A DNA stretch of 64,000 bases. Source: Candidatus Bathyarchaeota archaeon (lineage in GTDB: Archaea; Thermoproteota; Bathyarchaeia; Bathyarchaeales; Bathycorpusculaceae). The notes under the pieces were generated by a model that had not been told where the DNA came from, did not search any database, and saw only the letters and a program-made list of their open reading frames with translations. The first letter of the stretch is position 1. Every line of letters starts with the position of its first letter. The translations under genes were made by a program, and so were the position numbers. Below, piece after piece: positions 22,488-31,852 of the stretch. The stretch is from the NCBI GenBank assembly GCA_963768425.1, contig CAVYHV010000029.1, forward strand, positions 1-64,000, in the 5' to 3' direction.

Positions 22488-24409
22488 GCCACTACCTCAC
22501 GGATAACGGATTTTCCTTCCATGTTCTGCACGGTAATAACGTTGGCGTCTTGCTGGGCGAAGGTGATTTGGCTTGGAGTGATGACGACATACTGCGCGTT
22601 TGCGTCTTTGATGACGGCGAGAAGGATTTTCGCAATCATTTCACGGTTTTTGGGGTCCATGTGAATGTCGTATTCGTCGACTGCGCGGAATGGTGAACGT
22701 ACATGCTGCTGCAATGCTAAGAGAAAACTCATAGTTGCCGTGGTGCGCTCCCCACCGCTCTGCGTGTAAGCGTCAAGGGCAACGGGTTTGCCGCCTTTGA
22801 ACCCTACTATGATTTCTAACCCGGCGGTTTCTATGTCCTGATTGTTTGATAGTTGTACGGCGCCGGTCGCCAATGTTTGGTTCATGATTCGCTGGTACTC
22901 CACGTTTACTCTGTCAAGAAGGCTTTCCATGACCGTTCGCCACGATTGCATCCGTGTTTTGACTTCTTCAAGCGTTTTCTCGCGGTTCTCTGCCACAAGC
23001 TGAGTTTTCTCTTTGAGTTCTAAGTAAAGTTTTGAGTATGATTCATATTGGCGTTCTATGTCTTCTGAAACGTCGGCAAGCGCCGCCAGGTGGCCGTCTG
23101 TCAAGCGGATTTCATCTTGAATATCGCTGGCGCTTTTCACTGCTGCTATCCGTTCGCCTGACTCTTTCGCCTTAAGAATCATTGATTCCAAGTTTTCTTT
23201 GGTTTCTTTAAGCGATTTTTCAAGTTCCTTTAGGCTCACGATCGCGTTTGCACGTTTGAATTCAAGCAGAGCAAGCTTGACTCTTTGCTCAAGCATTTCA
23301 TCCGACGCTTTGCCAGCGGACTCTTCCAGATAAGTCATTTCTGACTGATTCTGCACAACCCGCTCGTTTGCACTAGAAAGTTCAAGTTCTGAGTTCTTGA
23401 GCATTTCCTCCAAGTTCTCGCTTTGAAGCAGCCTTAGCTGGGTTTTGTTGGCTTGGATGGCTTGTTGCAGTATTTGGGTTTCTTCCAGTAACTGGCTAAT
23501 CAGCGATTGGGTTGATTGGTTTTGCGCTATGTCGTGTTCAAGGTTCAATCGTTCGTCAAAAACGGCTTTCATATTCCCTTTCAATGTTTCAGTTTGATTC
23601 TGCTGTGTGCTAAGCTGGTTGAGTATGTCTTGTTTTTCCTCTTCGATTTTGTTGAGGGTTTCCTGGTTTTTGTTAAGGGTTGCCTGCAGGTTTCTAACCG
23701 TGGTTTCCCGTTTTTCAACTTCAGCCCACGTAAGTACCCGGTCTAGAAAGCGTCTTTTAATTTGAAGCTGCTTTTTCTCTTGGTACTTATCATATTGTTC
23801 ACGCCAGTAGTTTAGTGTCTGCTTCGCTTGTTCGAACAGTTTGGTAACGGATTCCTCTTGAGTTAGGATTCTTGTTAGTTTGGTTTTTGCCTGCACCACG
23901 TTTTCTCGGAAGGGTTCCAGCCCGACTGCAGCTTCAACCATCCGCAATTTTTCGATGTTGCTTAGCACGGTAAATTGTTCAACCATATTTTGATGCATGA
24001 TGATTAGCATGTTGTCGGGGTCAACGCCGAATTTGCCGAGTAAGCGCTCAACGTCCTGTTTGCTTGCCGCTTTGTTTTCAAATTCGAACCAGTATTTGCC
24101 GTCGCGGCGCATGACGCGGGTCAGAAAAAGCTGGTCTTTTGGGTATTTTTGTACGGGGCGTTTGATGCCTTGTTTGCTGTTGTCTAAGATTAGTGTGACT
24201 CGGGCTTGGTCTTTTCCCCACCTGATGAGGTCGCTTAGTTTTCTTGAGCGTTCGGTGTAGGTTTGACCAAGCCCCACAGATATTGCAAGTAGAAGTGAAG
24301 ATTTTCCTGCTCCATTGGGTCCGCCGACGATGTTTACGCCTTTTTTGAAGGGTACCCGAGCGTACTCGTAACTCATAAAGTTTTCAAGTATAACTTCTTG
24401 GATTAGCAT
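22484..24409 (-). CDS. SMC5/6-like (ClsN/Sph-related) short SMC ATPase, ~641 aa
   Basis: ILENFMSY, Walker A GPNGAGKSS, long coiled coil, signature QSGGER, SPFRAVDEYDIHMD. Likely ATG at 24409. Confidence 0.9.
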   Translation of the reverse strand: MLIQEVILENFMSYEYARVPFKKGVNIVGGPNGAGKSSLLLAISVGLGQTYTERSRKLSDLIRWGKDQARVTLILDNSKQGIKRPVQKYPKDQLFLTRVMRRDGKYWFEFENKAASKQDVERLLGKFGVDPDNMLIIMHQNMVEQFTVLSNIEKLRMVEAAVGLEPFRENVVQAKTKLTRILTQEESVTKLFEQAKQTLNYWREQYDKYQEKKQLQIKRRFLDRVLTWAEVEKRETTVRNLQATLNKNQETLNKIEEEKQDILNQLSTQQNQTETLKGNMKAVFDERLNLEHDIAQNQSTQSLISQLLEETQILQQAIQANKTQLRLLQSENLEEMLKNSELELSSANERVVQNQSEMTYLEESAGKASDEMLEQRVKLALLEFKRANAIVSLKELEKSLKETKENLESMILKAKESGERIAAVKSASDIQDEIRLTDGHLAALADVSEDIERQYESYSKLYLELKEKTQLVAENREKTLEEVKTRMQSWRTVMESLLDRVNVEYQRIMNQTLATGAVQLSNNQDIETAGLEIIVGFKGGKPVALDAYTQSGGERTTATMSFLLALQQHVRSPFRAVDEYDIHMDPKNREMIAKILLAVIKDANAQYVVITPSQITFAQQDANVITVQNMEGKSVIREVVA

Positions 24410-24737
24410 TAAATTTTCTATGCCTCTAAATTGAGCGTTCGTAACTATTGAAAACCGTATTATTAAAACAATTTTGCTCAAAATGGAAATATCTCCCGCC
24501 GCATCTTCCATTTTTTCTATGATAATTAGGCGCTTTTTTTGCCTATTTTATGCCTATTTTAGCCATTGGTTTTCCTTAAGAGTGGAGAATCGCTCTTATA
24601 ATGTGTCTTTGAAAGACGTTCAAAAATATATGCAACCTGACAGAAATAGGTGATAAGCCAGAGTCAAAAATTCTTGTTTACTAACATCTACGTTTTCTTT
24701 TTTGTTTGCATCAGTCTTTGTTTCGTCAACTAATCAA

Positions 24738-24827
24738 TTACAGGTTTGATATAACCCAGCCTGTAAGGAAAAGCAAACTAAGAAAAGGGAACAAAACAAG
24801 CACGATGTAATGATTTTTCTTTCTCAT
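24738..24827 (-). CDS. 29-aa single-TM peptide, not in the ORF track
   Basis: MRKKNHYIVLVLFPFLSLLFLTGWVISNL preceded by GAGGTG. Confidence 0.5.
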   Translation of the reverse strand: MRKKNHYIVLVLFPFLSLLFLTGWVISNL

Positions 24828-25418
24828 TCGCCCACCTCACCGTTAAGCGTATACATTGAACCTGAAGAATCCATTTCAATATATCGTCAGCGTTTTTCTT
24901 TTAAGCTAGACAGAGGAAACGCCGTTGTTTCCATTGGAACTTTTTAGCGTTCTTTTTCGCTTTAACTCAAATCTCACATAGGCTAAGAAGAGTTGTTTTA
25001 GCTCCTAATTTATCTTAAAGTTTGTTTTCAAAAAGAGTTATTGTTGATCTATCGAGACTTTGCGATGCTTGCGATAAGATAATCGGTGGAGCGGCAAACA
25101 CTGCTCTAAATGCCACTCTTTTTTTGTTAGTGTTTGTACATAAGTTCTTTGTGCAACCGACAAAAGCCCTTACGTGCCGAGAAGTTGTTTTTTGAGGAGG
25201 GCCATCCTCTCCGTGAAGTGTCGGTTGCTTGTAAAAACCCCTGGGAGATAGGGATTCCGGAATTTGGGATCAAGCTGCGCCTCTTAAAGTGCATTCAAGG
25301 AACGCATGGTTGGAAGCAGCTGAGCCAGTATTTGTTTGTACAACGCTCAAAGGTGCTTTTTACGGTTGTTTTAAATATTCTTTCGACGATTACCCCTGTA
25401 ACAAATGTAGGTCTTTGG

Positions 25419-26696
25419 ATGGCAAGCTCAGAGGACGAAATCTACTCAATCATGTTCTCGTCGCTTAAGCATCCAGTCCGCCGCAAGATTATTCGTATGC
25501 TTTCAATCAAACCAATGACTTTCATGGAGATAGCTGAGCAGCTTGACATTTCCTCTTCTAAATTGACTTATCACCTTGAAAGCCTCGGTGACCTAATCAA
25601 CAAGATAGATAACGGCCAGTATAAACTGTCAACTTTCGGGTTGGCAACTGTCAGCGCCATGAAGGGTGTGGAAGATGTCCCAGAGATTGAACCCAAACGC
25701 AGGGTTCAGATGTCCTTTAAATGGAGAGCTATTTTGGGGGTGCTTCTGGTTGCTGTTTTGGTTTTGGCGAGTTTTTCGGTTCTTCAATATACTTCCATGA
25801 AGAATATGTCCGGCAAGCAGAAGTCTTTGGCAGCTGAGAACCAGCAGTTGCTTTCCTGGGGAATAGGCACCAACAAAGTCGTGAATTACCTGCAGAATGT
25901 GACCCAAATAGACACGAATCAATACACGACTTCTCTGCTAAGCAACACTTTGCAGTTCAATACAGAATTCAATGCTGCTGAGGAGCTGCTTACGTATTCT
26001 TTGACTAACGGTCCTTACACATTTAATGTGGACCTGCGGTTCAGAAACAATCATTTTTCCCGTTACCAGCTTGACATGGGTGAAAGCTCGCCTGTTTTTA
26101 CGCAGTCTCAGTCTGATGATGTTGTGCAGGCTGCCAAGGGAGTGCTTGAACGGTACCAAGCCTATTCAGGCGACGCATATCTTAGCCAGATGGTCGACTT
26201 GATAGACGCAGTAAACACAACTGGGCCAACATCGGTTACCCAGGGTAACATGACGCTTCAAATAACCGTTTCAGGAGACAACACTGAGTTCATGTGGATG
26301 TACACACAGAACGGGATAGACTATCAAGCGAAAGGTGTAATGATGACATTCCAAAACAACATTCTCGTAACAATGACTGACGGCTATTTCCTGTTCACCG
26401 TCGGAAACACAGAACTCACTATTTCACAGGAACAAGCAATCACTATGGCTAAAGACTATGTTCAAACTCTAACATGGAATTTCAACGGCACCAAATACAC
26501 TGGCTTTAGTGTGCTCGACAATCCAGTTTCAGTTCAAATGGTACCACATCCAAGAGGCAACTCCGTAGTGCTAATCCCATATTGGTACGTGGTCCTTGGT
26601 TTGGGCAGAGTTTATCCGGGAGCCGTAAACGAGGTTACAGTAGGCATATTCGCAGACAACGGCCAAATAGACGGCGTACAAATGCTAAGCGCGTAA
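25419..26696 (+). CDS. Membrane-tethered ArsR-type wHTH regulator with a large extracytoplasmic domain
   Basis: IMFSSLKHPVRRKIIRML...TFMEIAEQL.ISSSKLTYHLESL, then TM AILGVLLVAVLVLASFSVL, then an N/T/S-rich domain ending in a PepSY-like ISQEQAI..A...WYV motif. ATG at 25419. Confidence 0.8.
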   Translation: MASSEDEIYSIMFSSLKHPVRRKIIRMLSIKPMTFMEIAEQLDISSSKLTYHLESLGDLINKIDNGQYKLSTFGLATVSAMKGVEDVPEIEPKRRVQMSFKWRAILGVLLVAVLVLASFSVLQYTSMKNMSGKQKSLAAENQQLLSWGIGTNKVVNYLQNVTQIDTNQYTTSLLSNTLQFNTEFNAAEELLTYSLTNGPYTFNVDLRFRNNHFSRYQLDMGESSPVFTQSQSDDVVQAAKGVLERYQAYSGDAYLSQMVDLIDAVNTTGPTSVTQGNMTLQITVSGDNTEFMWMYTQNGIDYQAKGVMMTFQNNILVTMTDGYFLFTVGNTELTISQEQAITMAKDYVQTLTWNFNGTKYTGFSVLDNPVSVQMVPHPRGNSVVLIPYWYVVLGLGRVYPGAVNEVTVGIFADNGQIDGVQMLSA

Positions 26697-26988
26697 ACAG
26701 TAATATGGTTCTCAAGGTTTGTTATTGATAAAGGAACTACTGAAAAAATAGTCCATGGCGCGGTGAAAAAACTGACGCTAAGACAAATTGACCTACCGAT
26801 CCTTATTGCTTTCAGCCGCAGAACACTCTTGAATCAGCTAACGGGATTAGTGTGAGAATTCAATGTTTCTGGTCTTGGATTTTGACAGCTGAGGATTACA
26901 AAAAGCAACATCAGAGATTTTTTGTTTATAGAAAGGTAGATTGCTTAGAGCGGCGATTGTAAGTCTTACAAAAAAGAGATGTTTAAGC

Positions 26989-27406
26989 TTGCAATTGAAG
27001 TTCAAGAGTGAAGTTTTAGCGCTTCTTTTCGGCGCCTTTGTGATATTGCTAAATTTCGGCGATAGCCACACAGGTCCCAACGATCGGCAATTTAGATACT
27101 ATTTTTGGGTTACCATTTTGGCCTCTGATGGACGTTATCTATCCATTAGCTTCAATTTTTATTTTCATAGCTTATGGTCGAACAAAAGGAAACGGGTTCT
27201 TGAAGTTCAACGTCAAGACAGCACTGCCTCTATCAGCCTTCTTGCTTGCCCTTTTCCTTCTAAGCTTAGATGATATCTCTCTGGTTCTGAACCTTGGATT
27301 AGGATTTCCAAAAGCATATTGGATAGCAATAATGTGGCTGTATCCAACCATTTCCTTTTTGGCTTTCTTCAGCTTTGGTCAGGGAAATCAAAACGAACAA
27401 AGATAG
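26989..27406 (+). CDS. Small multi-pass membrane protein (frameshift ~27080)
   Basis: ORFs 26941-27273 and 27128-27406 join into one hydrophobic protein. Confidence 0.55.
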
Positions 27407-27513
27407 ACTAACTCAAAAGCAAAATTCAGGGAATTTTCCGTCAACGACCGTTTTATAGAGATAAGACAGCATTGATAGGCTTAAAAATAAGTTATCAACT
27501 GCCGCAACATGAC

Positions 27514-27790
27514 TGTGGTAAATTCTACGAATTTTTTGTTTGCGTTTTGAGTTACTTTCTTGGAATAGGGCTTTAACCAGTTGCAGGTTGATACTTTATT
27601 TGACTTTATTTGACTTTATTTGACTTTATTTGACTTTATTTGACTTTATTTGACTTTATTTGACTTTATTTGACTTTATTTGACTTTATTTGACTTTATT
27701 TGACTTTATTTGACTTTATTTGACTTTATTTGACTTTATTTGACTTTATTTGACACAGATTGACATTGATTTGACATAATTTGACAATTC
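27514..27790 (+). repeat. Leader + 10-bp array, copy B: 15 perfect TGACTTTATT units (27601-27750) plus 4 degenerate TGAC units
   Basis: Counted directly. The leader is nearly identical to the reverse complement of copy A. Confidence 0.97.
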
Positions 27791-27868
27791 ACAGAATTAG
27801 AAAGATGAATCTATCGCCGTTAACTGGACAGGTTAGAAAAAAGATTTTTTGCCAACCTGTGCTTTAAG

Positions 27869-28011
27869 TTGCTTTTTTGTGGAGAAGTTTGAATCATTTG
27901 TAGGTTGCGTCCTTTAACGTCGTTTACCGTCGTCTAAAGTCCTTCACCGTCTTTTAACGTCGCTTAAAGTCTTCAGGCGTCCACTAACGTCCTTTAAAGT
28001 CCCTCACCATC
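27869..28011 (+). repeat. Leader + 10-bp array, copy C: ten GTC triplets at exact 10-bp spacing (array inverted relative to leader)
   Basis: GTC at 27909 to 27999 every 10 bp. Leader ttgcttttttgtggagaagtttgaatcatttgtaggttg matches 38511-38549. Confidence 0.9.
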
Positions 28012-28302
28012 AAAAATTGGATGATTCAAAAGATCTACAAACCTCTGGCAAGACCTGAATACTGCATTATTCTAATGGTCCATTATAGAGGAAACTTGTA
28101 ATTATGTAATTTAGAACTCTGAATAAGATAGAAACAACCGATCCTTTTTCGCTTTAATCAGCCTATAATTCGGCACAGCTAAAGGGGGGGTTAAGGAAAA
28201 AGTATCTAAACCCAGAAAACCATGTTCTGACTGCTTCCAGTTTTAACAAGACATAAAAGGAGGGAGGTAAAAAGAGATACTTGAGCGTTTTGAGGTTTAA
28301 GT

Positions 28303-28734
28303 ATGGTCGAGAAACTGTCAAAATCCGATGTTGCATTTATTCAGCAACTTCCAGTTGGTCGCCTAGCAACTGTAACAAAAGAGTGCGAACCAGTGGTGAG
28401 GCCTATCTGGCCAGTATTTGACAGCGTATTCATTTACTTCGCATCCGACCCAGACATGCCCAAACTTGAACAAATCGAAGAGAACCCGGAGATATCATTG
28501 GTTTTCGACGATTACAACCGGGAAAATTGGGGTGCCGTCAAAGGAATCCGCGTTCAAGGCGAAGCAGAAATCATGTGGGAAGGCGAAGAATACCGTTACG
28601 CCCATTCGCTTCTGGAAGAAAAATACCCGGAGTACCGCACCGCTGATGGCGGCTGGAAAGAAGGCGACGTGCCCATTATCAAGATTACGCCCACAAGCTA
28701 TAGCAAATGGGCAACTAATCAATGGAAAAAATAG
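28303..28734 (+). CDS. Pyridoxamine 5'-phosphate oxidase-like (PPOX class, flavin/F420-binding split barrel) protein
   Basis: VGRLATV...PVVRPIW, K...IEENPEISLVFDDY, IRVQGEA, LLEEKYPEY. Confidence 0.85.
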   Translation: MVEKLSKSDVAFIQQLPVGRLATVTKECEPVVRPIWPVFDSVFIYFASDPDMPKLEQIEENPEISLVFDDYNRENWGAVKGIRVQGEAEIMWEGEEYRYAHSLLEEKYPEYRTADGGWKEGDVPIIKITPTSYSKWATNQWKK

Positions 28735-28874
28735 CCACATTGCCCTTTGATTATGTCTATTCTCCCAACCATAAACGGACGCTTCAAAGCTCCTGGAGCA
28801 GACGGGTCATTCATTTATTCGACAAACTCAACTCCAGCAAGCTCTTTTTAAGTTAAAACAAAATAACGGTTGTT

Positions 28875-29636
28875 ATGCAAAATATCGATCCCCTGCTTAT
28901 ACTTCAACCCGTCATCGTTATCGCCATCTGCATTGCTCTTTTGTCATACTGGTATCGTAAGCGCCGCTTTCACTGGATGGTGCTGGTGTATTCTTTGGTT
29001 GCTTACTCAGTCGCCATCGCGCTCAAATATGCAGTGCAAATCCCAACGATAAACGCTGTAACAAACTATTTCGGCTCAGTTAGTGTGGGGTTAGGTATCT
29101 ACTACGGATTTCAAACTGTGTTTTTCGAAGTAGGCTTGGCTTACTTTGTAGCTTGGTACGTAATTTCTCATGGGTTGCTTGAAAGAAAAGACGCGGAAGC
29201 TTACGGTTCTGCTTTGGCTTTCTGGGAAAACGCTGTGTTGCTCGGCATTCTTTCTTTGATCAACCTCACTGCGTATTGGAGCATTCTATCGTCGAACACT
29301 ACACTTGCCCAGACTGTTTACAGCCAGCTAAACGCAAATTCGCCCGGGCTTTTCGCGCCTGCCTCAGAAGCTTTACGGTCTGTTGCGTTAGGATCGATTG
29401 AGAGAGTCTCCTCTATTATGATACATTTTGCTTGGGGTTACCTCTGCTTCATGGCTGTCATCCTCCACAGAAAACGGTTATTTTTGATTGCATTGCCTAT
29501 GGGGTTTGTTGATTTCCTAGTTCCTTTTGCTTCAAATATCGGACTTGTGGTTTTCGAAGCAGTAGTGTTCACATTGGCGGTTCTCTCAGTTATCGTCGCT
29601 TGGTACGCAGTGAAGCATGAAAAGCAAGAGCTCTGA
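28875..29636 (+). CDS. YhfC/PrsW-like glutamic intramembrane protease
   Basis: VFFEVG, YGSALAFWEN, GSIERVSSIMIH motifs; multiple TM helices. Confidence 0.7.
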   Translation: MQNIDPLLILQPVIVIAICIALLSYWYRKRRFHWMVLVYSLVAYSVAIALKYAVQIPTINAVTNYFGSVSVGLGIYYGFQTVFFEVGLAYFVAWYVISHGLLERKDAEAYGSALAFWENAVLLGILSLINLTAYWSILSSNTTLAQTVYSQLNANSPGLFAPASEALRSVALGSIERVSSIMIHFAWGYLCFMAVILHRKRLFLIALPMGFVDFLVPFASNIGLVVFEAVVFTLAVLSVIVAWYAVKHEKQEL

Positions 29637-29721
29637 AGACAACTCTCCCTGCCCAAGCTTCTAATTAAAATGCACAAAGCTTATCCCTACTCGCCACCAA
29701 ATAGCCTTCGAGAGAGTCAAA

Positions 29722-30502
29722 ATGTCGTTTGAGACGGGAAGGACATCAGGTTTAGTCGGCAGCTTAATCGAAGTTATCGTGCCAATAGCCATTCTTGCAA
29801 TGGGTGGACTGTTGATTCTTTCCTTGTTTAGCGCTTTTCTTGGCGCCGCCACATCTGGATCAACCGGAGCCGTAAGCACTCCGTTGCTTTCCTTCACATT
29901 AATTCCTTTTCTGATTATTGCGTTGGCCGTAATCAGCTTAACTGGTTTCATCCTGTTCATCTTTTCCATGTATCGTTTAAGCCAATACTACAATGAACCA
30001 AGCATATTCAAAGACGTTATTTATGGTCTAATCATCATTGTCGTGGGAGTTGCAGCCCTAATTGCGTTGGTGATTGTAGCCTTGCTTTCTTCGCGTGCAT
30101 CCTCCGGGGTACTTCCGTCGTTCGCCTTCTCGTTCCTAGCAATAATCCTCGGCGCGATTGTTCTCCAAATAGTTGTTTCAATCTTCTTCATGCGGGCTTT
30201 CAATAAACTGAGCGAAAAATCAGGCGTTGATAGCTTCCATACTGCTGGCTTGCTCATCTTAATCGGCGCCGTTACATCAATCATCGGCGTCGGCGGCATC
30301 ATAGGATGGCTCGCTTGGATCTTTGCTGCATCAGGTTTCTATTCGCTTAAACCCAAAGCAACCGTAAATGCCCCTTTTTTATAATGCGCCGCCGGCATCG
30401 TCGCCAACCCCAACTCCAAGCTTGTATTGCTCCTACTGCGGAGCGCAAATCAGCAATGACTCGATCTATTGCCCAAACTGCGGAAGACAAATTAGGCAAT
30501 GA
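29722..30502 (+). CDS. DUF996-like membrane protein with a C-terminal double zinc ribbon (frameshift in the T-run at ~30378)
   Basis: LSQYYNEPSIFK, LSEKSGVDSFHTAGLL.LIGA. The other frame continues YCSYCGAQISNDSIYCPNCG to TGA at 30502. Confidence 0.8.
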
Positions 30503-30587
30503 AGCCCCCCGTTTCCTGAATTTGCAGCCGACAACAAATTTTATATCTCGGTGTCTGCTCATTTTCGAGTAGAAGTTGTGATACGTT

Positions 30588-31568
30588 ATGGCTGTTAAAG
30601 TAACCCCAGAGTATATTGTCCTGCTAAACCAAGCGGTAGAACGCGAATTCGGAGTTGCAGTCCAATACTTCCTTCAACATGCTAAAATGGAAAAAATTAT
30701 AAAAAAACAAATCCCAGAAAACATCCTTTTTGACAAGACAACTTACGACGCAGTTGGAAAAATGCTTCATGAAATATCAATCCAAGAAATGAAGCACGCC
30801 GCCTCCATCATGGAGAGAATCTACTATCTCGGAGGCGAAGCAACCACCAAAGGCGACAAACCAGTCATTGGCAATACAATAAGTGAATTTGCCAAACTGG
30901 GAGTTGTTGCAGAGGAAGAAGCCCTTAACCTGTACCGAAAAATAATCGGCAAAGCGGCAGAAATGGGCGATTGGGAAACACGAGAGATGTTCGAAAAAAT
31001 CTTCGGTGAAGAAGAAGAACACTTATTCAAGTTCCAAGAATATACAGCTTTCCAGGACGAGAAAGAAGAACCCGACAAGGTGCCTTTGTCAGAGTGGCGA
31101 AAAATATTCACTTCGGACTATCTTGAACTACTGAACAAGGCGGTTGCAGCAGAAATCTGCGGAATAATCCAGTACACTAACCAACATGAAAAAGCTGCGT
31201 TGCTAGAGCTCAGAATGAAGAAAACTCCCTTGGAAACTGTTCAAGGCACAAACTCTCAAGGAGTCGTAAGCAAGCTCCTCAAAGATGTCTTCATGCAGGA
31301 AATGCAGCATCTTGAAAAAATAAGCGAACGCATCTACCTTATCGACGGCGAAGCAGTAACTAAGCCAAATCCACTTCCAGTTGTCGGCAAAACCACACTT
31401 GAGATTCTATCGTTAGATCATCAACTTGAAGCCGATACCATCGCGCTTTACAGACAAATCATTGCTGAATCCATGAAACGCGGTGACACAACGACACGAA
31501 GAATCTTTGAAGACATCGTTCTGCAAGAAGAAGACCATTACTGGACATTCGACGACTACGTCAGATAA
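30588..31568 (+). CDS. Tandem two-domain ferritin/bacterioferritin-like diiron protein
   Basis: Two copies of LLN.AV..E.....QY...EMxH...I.ERIY...E.....LYR.II...GD..TR..FE.I...EExH. Confidence 0.85.
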   Translation: MAVKVTPEYIVLLNQAVEREFGVAVQYFLQHAKMEKIIKKQIPENILFDKTTYDAVGKMLHEISIQEMKHAASIMERIYYLGGEATTKGDKPVIGNTISEFAKLGVVAEEEALNLYRKIIGKAAEMGDWETREMFEKIFGEEEEHLFKFQEYTAFQDEKEEPDKVPLSEWRKIFTSDYLELLNKAVAAEICGIIQYTNQHEKAALLELRMKKTPLETVQGTNSQGVVSKLLKDVFMQEMQHLEKISERIYLIDGEAVTKPNPLPVVGKTTLEILSLDHQLEADTIALYRQIIAESMKRGDTTTRRIFEDIVLQEEDHYWTFDDYVR

Positions 31569-31670
31569 AACCTCCATCTTCTTTACCTTCAAGGTAAATT
31601 GATAGATTGGGGTTTAAGCGAAAACTTAATTCCGAAGTATATGCAACATAAGTATGGCAGAGGCGAAGCT

Positions 31671-31808
31671 ATGAAAGAAGAAAATTTGCCTCGTTGCATA
31701 AACTGCGGAAATTTTATCGACGATTGTAAATGCGTATGCCCATACTGCGGGGAAACTGCAAAGTGCACTTGCTGCATAGGCATCGAAAAAGCATCTGGCG
31801 GCGGGTAA
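31671..31808 (+). CDS. 45-aa Cys-rich (9 Cys) metal-binding protein ending in GGG
   Basis: MKEENLPRCINCGNFIDDCKCVCPYCGETAKCTCCIGIEKASGGG, directly upstream of OFOR alpha. Confidence 0.7.
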   Translation: MKEENLPRCINCGNFIDDCKCVCPYCGETAKCTCCIGIEKASGGG

Positions 31809-31852
31809 CCGCACCCTAAAATGAAAGTTATTCGTGAGAAGATGAAGCAAAA

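Noticed and set aside
21038-24409. Wadjet (JetABCD) defence system
   Set aside because: There is no JetD/Toprim nuclease, the gene order differs, and the SMC is much shorter and Smc5/6-like.
27591-28011. CRISPR array
   Set aside because: Units are 10 bp, there are no 30-40 bp unique spacers, and no cas genes are present.
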